Part shown: in pieces, positions 39,833 to 48,719 of the stretch
Layout of the letters: each line of letters starts with the position of its first letter
Numbering within the stretch: the stretch's first letter is position 1
Notes under the pieces: model-generated
Told to the model about the DNA's origin: nothing
The model's input: only the letters and a program-made list of their open reading frames with translations
Database searches by the model: none
Made by a program: the position numbers and the translations under genes
Assembly (NCBI GenBank): GCA_963666515.2
Contig: OY762897.2
Location: 2,656,001 to 2,720,000 of the forward strand
Direction of reading: 5' to 3'
Source: Candidatus Binatia bacterium
GTDB lineage: Bacteria; Desulfobacterota; Binatia; UBA9968; JAJDTQ01
Length of the DNA stretch: 64,000 nucleotides

Positions 39833-39987
39833 GGCGGGCAGCATATAAAATTCCCCAAGCTAAGGACAGCGGCGCGGTCCCCGCCGGCCGCGTTGTGGAT
39901 TCCCACGGGACGTGTTACCCGTTCATCTGGCTACGGAAGCGATCCGAACCCTCGCCTTTACAGCCCGCACACCGGGCGCCGACGAGC

Positions 39988-40863
39988 ATGGCAACAACTG
40001 AATCGAGCAAGAAGCGATGGCTCGCGGGCACCGCGGCCGTCATGCTGCTGGCCATCGCGGCCTTCGGCGTCTGGGTGTGGTCGTCGCTGGGCTACATCAC
40101 CACCGACGACGCCCGGATCAAGGCCGACATCATCACCATCAGCACCGAAGTGCCGGGCAGGATTGCCTCCCTCGGGAAAGACGAAGGCGACCCGGTGAAA
40201 CCCGGCGAGGTCATGGTGCAGCTCGACACCCGCGAGATCCGCATCCGCATCGAGCAGCACAAGGCCGCGGTGGACTATGCCCGCAGCCAACTGTTGCAGG
40301 CGGAGCGGCGGCTCGGCCATGCGGGCGACGCGCGCCGGCGCGAGATCGGGGAAGCCGGCCTGCTGGCGAGGAAGGCCCGGGTGCGGGAGGCCGAGGCCGC
40401 GTTGCGTGAGCTGGAGTTCCGGCTCGGGCTGATGACGCTGCGCAGTCCGGTGAAGGGCGTGGTGGTCAAGAAGAACGCCCATCCGGGCGAGTTCGTGCAG
40501 CCGGGCCAGCCCGTGTTCATGGTGGTGGACTCCAGCCGCTACTGGGTGGAAGCCAACGTGGACGAGACGCAGATCCGCTTCGTCAGGCCGGGCAGCAAGG
40601 CCACGGTGCGGCTGGATTCGTATCCCGGCGTCCAGTTCGACGGCGAGGTCACGGACGTGGGCGGGGCCACCACTTCCGAGTTCTCCCTTTTCTCGCCGCA
40701 GAAGCTGACCGGAGTGTTCATCAAGTCCACGCAGAAGCTCCCCGTGAAGATCGCGGTGAAGAACACCGACGGCATCCTCCGCGTCGGCATGCTCGCCGTG
40801 GTGCGGATCGAGAAGCCCGAAGGCCGGCAGGACGGACTGCAGGCCGGTGGCACAGGCCGGTAA
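39988..40863 (+). CDS. EmrA/HlyD-family membrane fusion protein
   Basis: N-terminal TM, TDDA, LRSPVKG, WVEANVDETQ, QKLPVKI. Confidence 0.88.
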   Translation: MATTESSKKRWLAGTAAVMLLAIAAFGVWVWSSLGYITTDDARIKADIITISTEVPGRIASLGKDEGDPVKPGEVMVQLDTREIRIRIEQHKAAVDYARSQLLQAERRLGHAGDARRREIGEAGLLARKARVREAEAALRELEFRLGLMTLRSPVKGVVVKKNAHPGEFVQPGQPVFMVVDSSRYWVEANVDETQIRFVRPGSKATVRLDSYPGVQFDGEVTDVGGATTSEFSLFSPQKLTGVFIKSTQKLPVKIAVKNTDGILRVGMLAVVRIEKPEGRQDGLQAGGTGR

Positions 40864-40881
40864 CGACCGGCCCGCCGCGCC

Positions 40882-42474
40882 ATGACGCCCGAGCCCCCCG
40901 TCCAGGTCTACGACCCCGCCCGGAAGTGGCCCGTCACCATCACCCTCTCCCTGGGGATGATCAGCGTCGGTCTGGGCATCACCGGCGTCGACACCGCCAT
41001 CCCGGCGATGATGTCGTCCCTGGGCACCTCGCTCCACCGCATCCAGTGGGTGCTGATCGCGTTCATGATCACCCGCACCGTGCTGATCCCCTGCGTGGGC
41101 TGGCTGGGGCAGCGCATCGGCGACCGCAACCTGTTCATCCTGAGCGCCGCCACCTTCGGCGCGGGTTCCTTCCTGTGCTCCATCGCCTGGGACGTCAACT
41201 CGCTGATCTTCTTCCGCATCATCCAGGGCATGGGCGTGGGGCCGCTCATCGGCGTGTCCATGTCCATCATGTACGAGGCCTTTCCCCGCAACGAGCGCGG
41301 CCTGGCCATGGGGCTGTTCATGACCGGCTGGTCGCTGGGGCCGTTCTTCGGACCTCCCGCGGGCGGCTACCTGGCCCAGTACATAAGCTGGCGGACGATC
41401 TTCTACCTGCCGCTGCCGACGCTGATCCTGGCCGTCATGGCGGCCCTGTTGATCCTTCCCCGGCGGTCCGCGTCCCACAAGCCGTCCGCCTTCGACCTGC
41501 TCGGTTTCCTCACCCTCACCGGCGGGCTGGTGGTGATGCTCCTGGGCCTCACCCAGGGGCAGACGGAGGGCTGGACCAGCCAACGGATCCTGGCGCTGTT
41601 CGGCGCCGCCGGGCTGCTCATCGCGGTCTTCATCATCGCCGAGCTTCGGGCCGAGCACCCCTACGTCCAGATCCGCTATTTCAGGAACCTCAACTTCAGC
41701 ATCTCCAGCATGATCGTGCTGATCCGGGTCATGGGCTTCCGCGGCACCAGCTTCATCCTGAACTTGTTCCTGCAGAAGGCGCTCTTCTACCCGCCCCTGC
41801 AGGCCGGCATCTTCATGCTTCCCGCGGCCGTCGCCGTGGGCATCGTGTCGCCCTTCGCCGGCATGTTGTCGGACCGGTTCGGGCCCAAGATCCTGCTGGT
41901 GACCGGGCTCGTGCTCCTCACGGTGACGCTGTTCAGTCTCGCCAACGTCACCATCTGGACCGGCATGGCCGTGATCTACTTCCTGGTGATCCTCAAGAGC
42001 ATCGGCCAGTCCACCATCAACGCGCCGCTCAACTCCATCGCCCTGGGCGCGCTGCCCGAGGGCGAGTCGCGCATGGGCAGCGGCATCCTGGGCCTCGCCC
42101 GCGGCCTGGGCGAAGCCTTCGGCATCGCCACCCTGAGCTTCCTCCTGGAACGCCACATCTTCTACAAGGTCGAGGCAATGACCCCCGCCCTCGGCGCCCG
42201 CCTGACCGAGAACCTGCGCGACGACGTCATGCTCCAGATCCACGCCCTGCTCCAGCACGCCGGCCAGTTCGGCATCGGCCTGGAGGAGCGCGCACAGTCA
42301 CTGTTGGGATTCAGCCTGCTGAGCGAAGGGGTGACTCTGGCCTACCACCAGCTCTTCGTCCTGATCGGGCTCATGTACCTGGGGCTGGTGGTGATGGTGG
42401 GGTTTCTGAGGACGCGGAGGGGTGAGGAGAAGCCTGCGCTGGGGACAGGGATGGCGGAGGCGAGGACCAACTGA
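40882..42474 (+). CDS. DHA2 (EmrB/QacA) MFS efflux permease
   Basis: 14-TM pattern, FRIIQGMG, GPFFGPPAGG. Confidence 0.9.
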   Translation: MTPEPPVQVYDPARKWPVTITLSLGMISVGLGITGVDTAIPAMMSSLGTSLHRIQWVLIAFMITRTVLIPCVGWLGQRIGDRNLFILSAATFGAGSFLCSIAWDVNSLIFFRIIQGMGVGPLIGVSMSIMYEAFPRNERGLAMGLFMTGWSLGPFFGPPAGGYLAQYISWRTIFYLPLPTLILAVMAALLILPRRSASHKPSAFDLLGFLTLTGGLVVMLLGLTQGQTEGWTSQRILALFGAAGLLIAVFIIAELRAEHPYVQIRYFRNLNFSISSMIVLIRVMGFRGTSFILNLFLQKALFYPPLQAGIFMLPAAVAVGIVSPFAGMLSDRFGPKILLVTGLVLLTVTLFSLANVTIWTGMAVIYFLVILKSIGQSTINAPLNSIALGALPEGESRMGSGILGLARGLGEAFGIATLSFLLERHIFYKVEAMTPALGARLTENLRDDVMLQIHALLQHAGQFGIGLEERAQSLLGFSLLSEGVTLAYHQLFVLIGLMYLGLVVMVGFLRTRRGEEKPALGTGMAEARTN

Positions 42475-42518
42475 GCGGGAACCCGCGGTTGATGCAGCCG
42501 CATTGCCAGGAGGCACCC

Positions 42519-43547
42519 ATGAAACGCATCGTCATTTGTGCGGACGGCACCTGGAATCGCCCGGAGAAAGACCTGAAAGAAGATGTTCCCACCAACGTGC
42601 TCCGACTCGCCCGTGCAATCGAGCCGGTTGACGGCAACGACACGCCGCAGCAAGTGTTTTACGACTGGGGTTTGGGTTCGTACCACGATGAGTGGACCGC
42701 CGGGACGACCGGCAAAGGCATTCACAAGAACATCATGGACGGGTACCGTTACATCGTTCAGAACTACTCACCGGGCGACGAGTTGTTCTTCTTCGGTTTC
42801 AGTCGGGGTGCCTACACCGTCCGTAGTCTCTGCGGACTGATCAACAACTGCGGCATTCTCAAACGCCCGGACGCGCGCCTGATACAAAGGGCCTTCAACC
42901 ACTACAAGCGGCCGGGACCTGCCTACGCACCTCAGGGACAAAGGTCGAAAGCATTCCGGAATCGGTACGCCCACGCGTCCAATGATGTTGCGTTCCTTGG
43001 CGTGTTCGACACCGTCGGCGCCCTCGGAATTCCGTTTTCCTTCCTGGGCTTCCTGAACTCCGAGGACGAGTTCCATGACTCGAAGGCGGGTCCAAACGTG
43101 CGGATCGCACGTCATGCCTTGGCCATCGACGAGAAACGTTATGACTTCAAGCCAACCATTTTGCGGCCACGCAGGAACCTCGACTTGAAGCAAGTGTGGT
43201 TCGTTGGATGCCATTCCGACGTAGGAGGAGGCTACAAACCGGACAAGGACGGTTCGCTTTCGGATATCCCGTTGGATTGGATGATTGCTGAAGCCAGAAA
43301 AGCGGGCCTTGCCGTAGAGTCGCACTTACAGAGAGGCTTGAAGCCGAAACCCACTGCTACGCTGCACGATTCCTCCAGTCTCAAGTTTCGTTCCTGGAAA
43401 GACACATGGCGTCCAATAAAGCGTACGGCAGAGATTCACGACTCCGTGCAGCAACGTTGGAATCGAGATCCCAACTACCGGCCCGCAAATCTGGCAAAGC
43501 ACATCCAACAACACGGCGGGTGGAACAACGTGGCAGTCGTCTATTAG
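42519..43547 (+). CDS. DUF2235 alpha/beta hydrolase (Tle1-like catalytic domain)
   Basis: ICADGTWN, GFSRGA, GVFDTVG, HALAIDE, WFVGCHSDVGGG. Confidence 0.9.
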   Translation: MKRIVICADGTWNRPEKDLKEDVPTNVLRLARAIEPVDGNDTPQQVFYDWGLGSYHDEWTAGTTGKGIHKNIMDGYRYIVQNYSPGDELFFFGFSRGAYTVRSLCGLINNCGILKRPDARLIQRAFNHYKRPGPAYAPQGQRSKAFRNRYAHASNDVAFLGVFDTVGALGIPFSFLGFLNSEDEFHDSKAGPNVRIARHALAIDEKRYDFKPTILRPRRNLDLKQVWFVGCHSDVGGGYKPDKDGSLSDIPLDWMIAEARKAGLAVESHLQRGLKPKPTATLHDSSSLKFRSWKDTWRPIKRTAEIHDSVQQRWNRDPNYRPANLAKHIQQHGGWNNVAVVY

Positions 43548-43603
43548 AGCAGGGTATTGGTCCAGCCTCGCCAGTTCGGTTTCACATTGTCCGCAACGCA
43601 GCG

Positions 43604-43782
43604 TCAGGTCTTGAGATTCCGGCGGAACCAGTCGGCAAGATCGGCCTGAGTCGGTAGCCCCCGTCCGGGGCCTCGGTGAGATAGAGCGTATCGCCCTTCT
43701 TCACCTTGAGGCGCGCCATCGCCTCCTTGGTGAGAATGACACCGGGGGATGCACCGACCGTGGTCACTTTGAATGACAGCAT
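43604..43782 (-). pseudogene. Collapsed AbrB-antitoxin/Doc-toxin module
   Basis: AbrB N-terminus (KVTTVGAS.GVIL.KE...GDTLYLTEAPDGGYRL) joined out of frame to a Doc-like tail QADLADWFRRN*; near-palindrome TTATATAATTACATAA upstream at 43792. Confidence 0.62.
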
Positions 43783-43840
43783 CCGAACCTCTTATATAAT
43801 TACATAATCCCTGAAGGGCCAAGTCGACCGACGACGCTGT

Positions 43841-44173
43841 CTATTGGAGGATGGTGGCGAGCCGGGCAAGTGCATCATCGATGATGTGTTCGGGGACAGC
43901 TTCAAGGCGTCTTCCCTTCCGCGCGAACAGGTCGAGGGTCCGGGGCTGGTCGCAACGGATCACACCGGTGGTGCGGGTTCCTGCGCCCTCGAGAGAAACT
44001 GCAAAGCCACGCCGGCGCGCGAAGCCCCCGCCCGTGGTGATGGGCAAGACGACTGGCGCCCGGGTCAACTCGTTGAAAGGGGCCGGGGAAACGATCAGAA
44101 CCGGGCGGGTACCCTGCTGTTCATGGCCGGCAACGGGATCAAGGCTGACGAGCCAGATGTCGCCCCGTTTCAC
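43841..44173 (-). CDS. pemK: PemK/MazF toxin
   Basis: RGDIWLVSLDPVAGHEQQGTRPVLIVS, DQPRTLD. Confidence 0.92.
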   Translation of the reverse strand: MKRGDIWLVSLDPVAGHEQQGTRPVLIVSPAPFNELTRAPVVLPITTGGGFARRRGFAVSLEGAGTRTTGVIRCDQPRTLDLFARKGRRLEAVPEHIIDDALARLATILQ

Positions 44174-44430
44174 TACAGCAGCTCTTTGCCGACCGGCTTG
44201 GCGTCAATCCAGGCGCGATCCTCGGCGGAAGGGGCTTCGTTTTCGTCGCACTGCGCCAGAAGCTCATCGAGCGAGTAGCGGGGACGGGCCTTGGGCTCGA
44301 TGACGAGGCGACCGTTGTCCACGTCCATATCCACCTTGGCGCCGACGCTGAGATTCAGAAGGTCGAGTAGGGCCGGGGGCACCGCGAGCATGATGGAACC
44401 GCCGACTTTGCGCAGGTTTGTTGTATGCAT
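44173..44430 (-). CDS. pemI: PemI/MazE (AbrB-type) antitoxin
   Basis: LRKVGGSIMLAVPP, RYSLDELLAQCD, W...PVGKELL. Confidence 0.9.
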   Translation of the reverse strand: MHTTNLRKVGGSIMLAVPPALLDLLNLSVGAKVDMDVDNGRLVIEPKARPRYSLDELLAQCDENEAPSAEDRAWIDAKPVGKELL

Positions 44431-44443
44431 GGGCACCCTCCAG

Positions 44444-44463
44444 AGTTATACATCCATATAACT
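44444..44463. promoter_or_regulatory. pemIK operator palindrome
   Basis: AGTTATA-CATCCA-TATAACT just upstream of the antitoxin. Confidence 0.7.
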
Positions 44464-44515
44464 AACAGGGGTCCGCAATGCAACTCCCTTAAGCCGGCTA
44501 TGAGCGAACCCGTAG

Positions 44516-46051
44516 TCACCGCACGTCTTTCGCCGTACGCTCTTCTTTCACCGTGGTCTGGTAACGCACTCCCCTCGGCACCGGCACCGCCTGATGTACC
44601 GTGGTGCCGTGCTTGCCTTCGGTGCGCCGGCTCGCGTCCACGGCGAGGAAGGCGGTGTAGTCGGACATGAGGCGGCCGTACTCCAGCGCGGTCTTCTTGA
44701 TGGCCCCGGCCAGCTCGTCGTGGGGGTCGTGGGTCCAGACCTGGCGGTCCGCGAGATCGGCGATGCGAAGCCGCGCCCAGATGTTCGGGATGAAGGAGTG
44801 AGCGTTTTTGTCGCCGTGGCGGGACACCTCATACTTGACGCGCTGGCCGCCGGCCCGGCCCGACACTTCCGGCTCGGACGGCTCACCCGCGAACTTGCCG
44901 GTGACCACGACGGCGCGGCCGACGAAGAGGTCGGGAAGCCGCTTCGGGTAGACGCCGGTCACCTGCATGTTGCCCCCGGTCCCGGGACCCGTGCGGTCCT
45001 CGTCAATCCTGTGGCTGGACTCGATGGACTCGATGGCCACGCCGGCGTCGAGCTTCACGGTGATGCCGATGTCGTGCCCCGACCGCTCGCCCGGACGCAG
45101 ATAGCGCACGCCGGCGCCGGTGGAAACGGGCTGGACGTGGGAACGCGGCAGCGCGCGCACCGGCTCCCTGGAGCCGGGCGGGTTGTAGCGGGGGCCCACC
45201 ACCGTCGGCAGCACGAACGTGTACCAGCCGTCGCGGTACGCCAGGGAGTGGAAATACCGGATGTTCACGTCGATGCGCTTGCCGGGCTCGATGTTGGCCA
45301 CCTTCTGCTCGAAGACGTTGGGCCGGTGCTGGGTCAGGAGGCTGGCCTGGTAACCCTGGGCACGCGCCTCTCGATAGATGGCCTCGGCTTCCTCCTTCTC
45401 CCTCAGGATGCCGCGTATGCGGCGTTGGCCGATGGTCATGACGAACTCGCTCACCGCCGCCCTCTCGGGCAACGGGAACATGTAGACGGCTTCGATCTTC
45501 TCGTCGAAGGGGTTCTGAAACTGCTGGGTCACGTCCACCGTGCCGTCGTAGCCGGTGACGGCCGCGTGGACCTCGGTGTGCTTGAGGGGCAACGGCACCT
45601 TGGTCTTGTCTTCCCCGTCGGACAGACCGGTCGCCATCAGCGCGCCCGATCCCGGATGGTCCGGCTCTTCGGGTTGCGCCGCGGAAACCGCGGAGCGGCG
45701 CGCGACGATGATCCACAACTCTTCGCCCGGCGCCGGGGAACGCCACGCCGAGAGTTGGGGAGACGCCATGCGAGCATGTATGCCCGCCGGGACGGACGGA
45801 GCCGACAGTGATTGGAGCATCCCTGTGCCCCATGCGCGCTTTGCCCTCACGCGACCACGCTCCATGGCGGCCGGCGCCGGCGGAGACGGCACCCCGGGAA
45901 GCCGCTCCATGACGTCCCCGGGCGAAGTCGGTATGGACGGAACACGCCCCTTCCTGGGGCCGGGTTCCTGGACAGAGCAGGCCCCTGCAATCAACGCCGT
46001 GCACAAGGCGGCCAGGGTCATCCATGAGTTGGCGATACCGGGCTTGTTCAT
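44516..46051 (-). CDS. VIT-domain lipoprotein, vWA domain apparently deleted
   Basis: Lipobox IAGAC; VIT motifs LPLKHT, VTQQFQNP, EAVYMFPLP; C-terminal LPDLF.G and MSDYTAFLAVD; no MIDAS DxSxS. Confidence 0.8.
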   Translation of the reverse strand: MNKPGIANSWMTLAALCTALIAGACSVQEPGPRKGRVPSIPTSPGDVMERLPGVPSPPAPAAMERGRVRAKRAWGTGMLQSLSAPSVPAGIHARMASPQLSAWRSPAPGEELWIIVARRSAVSAAQPEEPDHPGSGALMATGLSDGEDKTKVPLPLKHTEVHAAVTGYDGTVDVTQQFQNPFDEKIEAVYMFPLPERAAVSEFVMTIGQRRIRGILREKEEAEAIYREARAQGYQASLLTQHRPNVFEQKVANIEPGKRIDVNIRYFHSLAYRDGWYTFVLPTVVGPRYNPPGSREPVRALPRSHVQPVSTGAGVRYLRPGERSGHDIGITVKLDAGVAIESIESSHRIDEDRTGPGTGGNMQVTGVYPKRLPDLFVGRAVVVTGKFAGEPSEPEVSGRAGGQRVKYEVSRHGDKNAHSFIPNIWARLRIADLADRQVWTHDPHDELAGAIKKTALEYGRLMSDYTAFLAVDASRRTEGKHGTTVHQAVPVPRGVRYQTTVKEERTAKDVR

Positions 46052-46065
46052 TACAGCTATCTCCC

Positions 46066-46518
46066 TCACTGGATGTTGAGGTGGACGATGGCCGGGACGG
46101 GCTTGCCCGTGGCGTTGCCCGCGGTGACCAGCCGGAGGACATAGTCGGGCCGGGAATCGCCGGTGAGACGCACGTGCACGGTGGCGATGCGGACCGTGCC
46201 CGCCGGCAGCTCGGCCGCTGGCCGTAACGTGAAATCGGCGACGATGATGCGGTCGGCGCGCCCGTCGTTGACCGCCTTCCGATCGTAGTAGGGCGCCTTG
46301 GCGAACGCCGGGCTGTCACCGTTCTCCACTCCCACCACGCGCATCCGACCGCCCGCTTCCGACAGCTCGAACTGCCACGCCGCCACGGGTTGGGCGGACT
46401 CCAGGTGGACGTCGAGGGCGGCGAACCGGACCTTCATTTCGTCCGCGCGGGACGGGCCGGGCCATGCGGCGGCCCACAGGACCAGGAAGAGCAGGAACTT
46501 GAAGCACCGGCCGTTCAT
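46066..46518 (-). CDS. Secreted beta-rich protein, cohesin-like
   Basis: Signal peptide; DVHLES.QPVAAWQFEL pattern resembling cohesin strands. Confidence 0.55.
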   Translation of the reverse strand: MNGRCFKFLLFLVLWAAAWPGPSRADEMKVRFAALDVHLESAQPVAAWQFELSEAGGRMRVVGVENGDSPAFAKAPYYDRKAVNDGRADRIIVADFTLRPAAELPAGTVRIATVHVRLTGDSRPDYVLRLVTAGNATGKPVPAIVHLNIQ

Positions 46519-46979
46519 AATTTCCCCGCAGAACTGTCCAGCACCACGATGCTGGCGGCCAAGGCGTCGATCCTCGCCTGCACCGCGGCGGTGCGGTTGC
46601 CGCGCTCCATCCGGGCCAGGGCGAACGCGTCGAGTATGTCCACGGCTCCGGAGCCGTCGATGTCGTTGGGGATGCGGGCCACCGTGGCAACCATGAGCTC
46701 AGGGGGATCCACCGGGGTGTACGTCCGCCAGAAAAGGACCCCCACCAGGAGACTCGCGGCCAGACTCCCGGCCATGGCCCAACGACGCTTCGCCGTCGGG
46801 GCACCCCGCGACGGCCGCACCCCGAAATGTACCCTGGCGGCCTCAGCGATGCGCCTGTCCGCCTCCGGCGACAGGACGGCCACGGCCTTGTCCGAACGGG
46901 CGAGGCCCTCGATCAACTCGCCGGGCAGGTCGAGTTCTTCTTCGCCGCTCAGGCTCGTCGTGTCGTCATCGGGCTGCAT
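46515..46979 (-). CDS. Putative anti-sigma factor with one TM helix and a dockerin-like repeat
   Basis: TM WAMAGSLAASLLVGVLFW followed by NDIDGSGAVDILDAFALAR. Confidence 0.7.
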   Translation of the reverse strand: MQPDDDTTSLSGEEELDLPGELIEGLARSDKAVAVLSPEADRRIAEAARVHFGVRPSRGAPTAKRRWAMAGSLAASLLVGVLFWRTYTPVDPPELMVATVARIPNDIDGSGAVDILDAFALARMERGNRTAAVQARIDALAASIVVLDSSAGKL

Positions 46980-47017
46980 GGTTTCACCCCGTTAAGCGCG
47001 CGGCAGCGTGAAAAGGT

Positions 47018-47599
47018 TCAAGGCTTGCCGAAGTCCTTGATCTCGGGGCTTTCCCGCAGCTCCCTGACCGCGGTGTGGAGCCGGGACTTGACGGTGCCCA
47101 GGGGAATGGAAAGGGTGTCCGCGATGTCCTGCAGGGACATGTCGTCGACGAAGCGAAGAAGCAGCACCTCCCGGCGCTCGGCGGGCAGGCGGGCCACGGC
47201 CGCCGACAAGCGCGCGGGGTCACGCTCGGCCGGGTCGTCGACCGCCGGAGCCGGCAGCCGGTCCGGGTCGAACTCCTCGGAACTGTCGATTCGTCCGCGC
47301 TGGCGCAGGGAGTTCAGGGTCAGGTTCTTGGCCACCGGATAGAGCAGCGACCGGAGCTGCGCCGTCAGCACCAGCCCGTCACCGGCCGGGGGAAATTTCT
47401 TCAGGAGATAAAGAAAGGTCTCCTGCAAAACGTCGACGGCCGTTTCCCGGTCGGCGCCGAACCGCAGGGACACGCGCGTGACGTAGTCGCGATGCCGGCG
47501 ATACAGCGTTTCGAAGGCCTGGACCGCCTCATCGCGGTCGCCGCGGTTGCATAGCTCCACGAGTTCCCTGTCGCTGCGTCGATCCCATCCACGTGCCAT
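47018..47599 (-). CDS. ECF RNA polymerase sigma factor
   Basis: AFETLYRRH, DVLQETF, LPAERREVLLLR, GTVKSRL. Confidence 0.92.
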   Translation of the reverse strand: MARGWDRRSDRELVELCNRGDRDEAVQAFETLYRRHRDYVTRVSLRFGADRETAVDVLQETFLYLLKKFPPAGDGLVLTAQLRSLLYPVAKNLTLNSLRQRGRIDSSEEFDPDRLPAPAVDDPAERDPARLSAAVARLPAERREVLLLRFVDDMSLQDIADTLSIPLGTVKSRLHTAVRELRESPEIKDFGKP

Positions 47600-47650
47600 G
47601 AAAAGTCCAGTATAGGCATTGCCGGACAGCAGGGAAATTCAATCTCGCCG

Positions 47651-48073
47651 TCACTCATGGAAACCTGACTTTCCGGCCATCCACAGACCGACCTTGCGCA
47701 ACCGCCGAAACCACGGGTAGACGAATCGTGCGCGTTCCGAGCTTGAGCCGACCCATCTGGTCAGCCTGTTGACCCAGCCGGGCTCCGTCGCCATGGCGCC
47801 CAGCACCTCCATGGCCTCGGCTCCCTGGTAACGCCGCCCCTCCAGGACGAGGATCATGCCGTTCTCGATGTCGCACCCGTCCCGCCGAAGCTCCTCCACG
47901 AGTCGGGGCGCCTTCCTGCCGTCGATGAACCGCAGCCGTTCCCCGGCCGAGGTCCTGATCCTGGCCTTCCGCGCATACGTCCGGCAGTAGACGCATTCGC
48001 CGTCGTAGAGCAGGAAGTCGTCCTGCGAGGATGAGGCGGCAGGTCTGTCACGGCCAGTTTCTTGTAGGGTCAA
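47651..48073 (-). CDS. DCC1-like (DUF393) thiol-disulfide oxidoreductase
   Basis: LLYDGECVYC; TTG start after GAAGGAGG. Confidence 0.8.
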   Translation of the reverse strand: MTLQETGRDRPAASSSQDDFLLYDGECVYCRTYARKARIRTSAGERLRFIDGRKAPRLVEELRRDGCDIENGMILVLEGRRYQGAEAMEVLGAMATEPGWVNRLTRWVGSSSERARFVYPWFRRLRKVGLWMAGKSGFHE

Positions 48074-48293
48074 GAGCCCTCCTTCAACGGTCTCGACAGA
48101 CGTTACATCTGAACCCTGCCTCATATTAATGGAAGCCACCTCAGCGTTCCACGATAAGGGTTGGCAAGTTTCTTGCGGAGGAGGGTCACGAGCTTGTGAG
48201 CGATTCGGAAAGTTGATAGACAAAGATGCCTGGAAGAGAGCCTCCTTGCTCCGTATCCGTGGACGTGGTGAGTCACAAGAAAGAGTTGGCAGG

Positions 48294-48719
48294 ATGCCAA
48301 AGCGTCAAAGCAACAATCCCAAGCGTCGAATCGCTCCGAGGGATGAAACCGAACCGCAGTTTCTGAGCCGAGTTGCCGCCACGGCCGTCTACACCGGTCA
48401 CGCTCAACATAAGAGCAAGCCTGCTGACTACGGGTTTCACCCGCCAGCAAATCCGCGGCCGAACAAATCACTTTGCGACGGCAGCCGAATCATCAAGCTC
48501 GCGGAAGCCACAGCGCTTTTTCGGGAAGGCATCCGGCGAGGCATGATCAGCACGTATCGCGTGGATGGACTGCCGAAGTACGTCTGGGCAGTGGATGCAT
48601 ATGGCCACGTGTACGAGGCGAAGCTCTCAAAGAATAGCCAGAACTACCACGGATACGAGCTTGGCTGCAACGAAAGCGCCATGAAGAAAATTGTCGCCAA
48701 GGAGTGGCCGCTAAGATGA
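48294..48719 (+). CDS. Small basic hypothetical protein (C-terminal YHGY)
   Basis: 141 aa, ATGA-coupled to the next gene; YTGHAQHK, PKYVWAV, YEAK, YHGY. Confidence 0.7.
   Translation: MPKRQSNNPKRRIAPRDETEPQFLSRVAATAVYTGHAQHKSKPADYGFHPPANPRPNKSLCDGSRIIKLAEATALFREGIRRGMISTYRVDGLPKYVWAVDAYGHVYEAKLSKNSQNYHGYELGCNESAMKKIVAKEWPLR

Noticed and set aside
42519-43547. DUF2235 as a T6SS Tle1 effector
   Set aside because: No vgrG/PAAR or immunity lipoprotein adjacent; single-domain form
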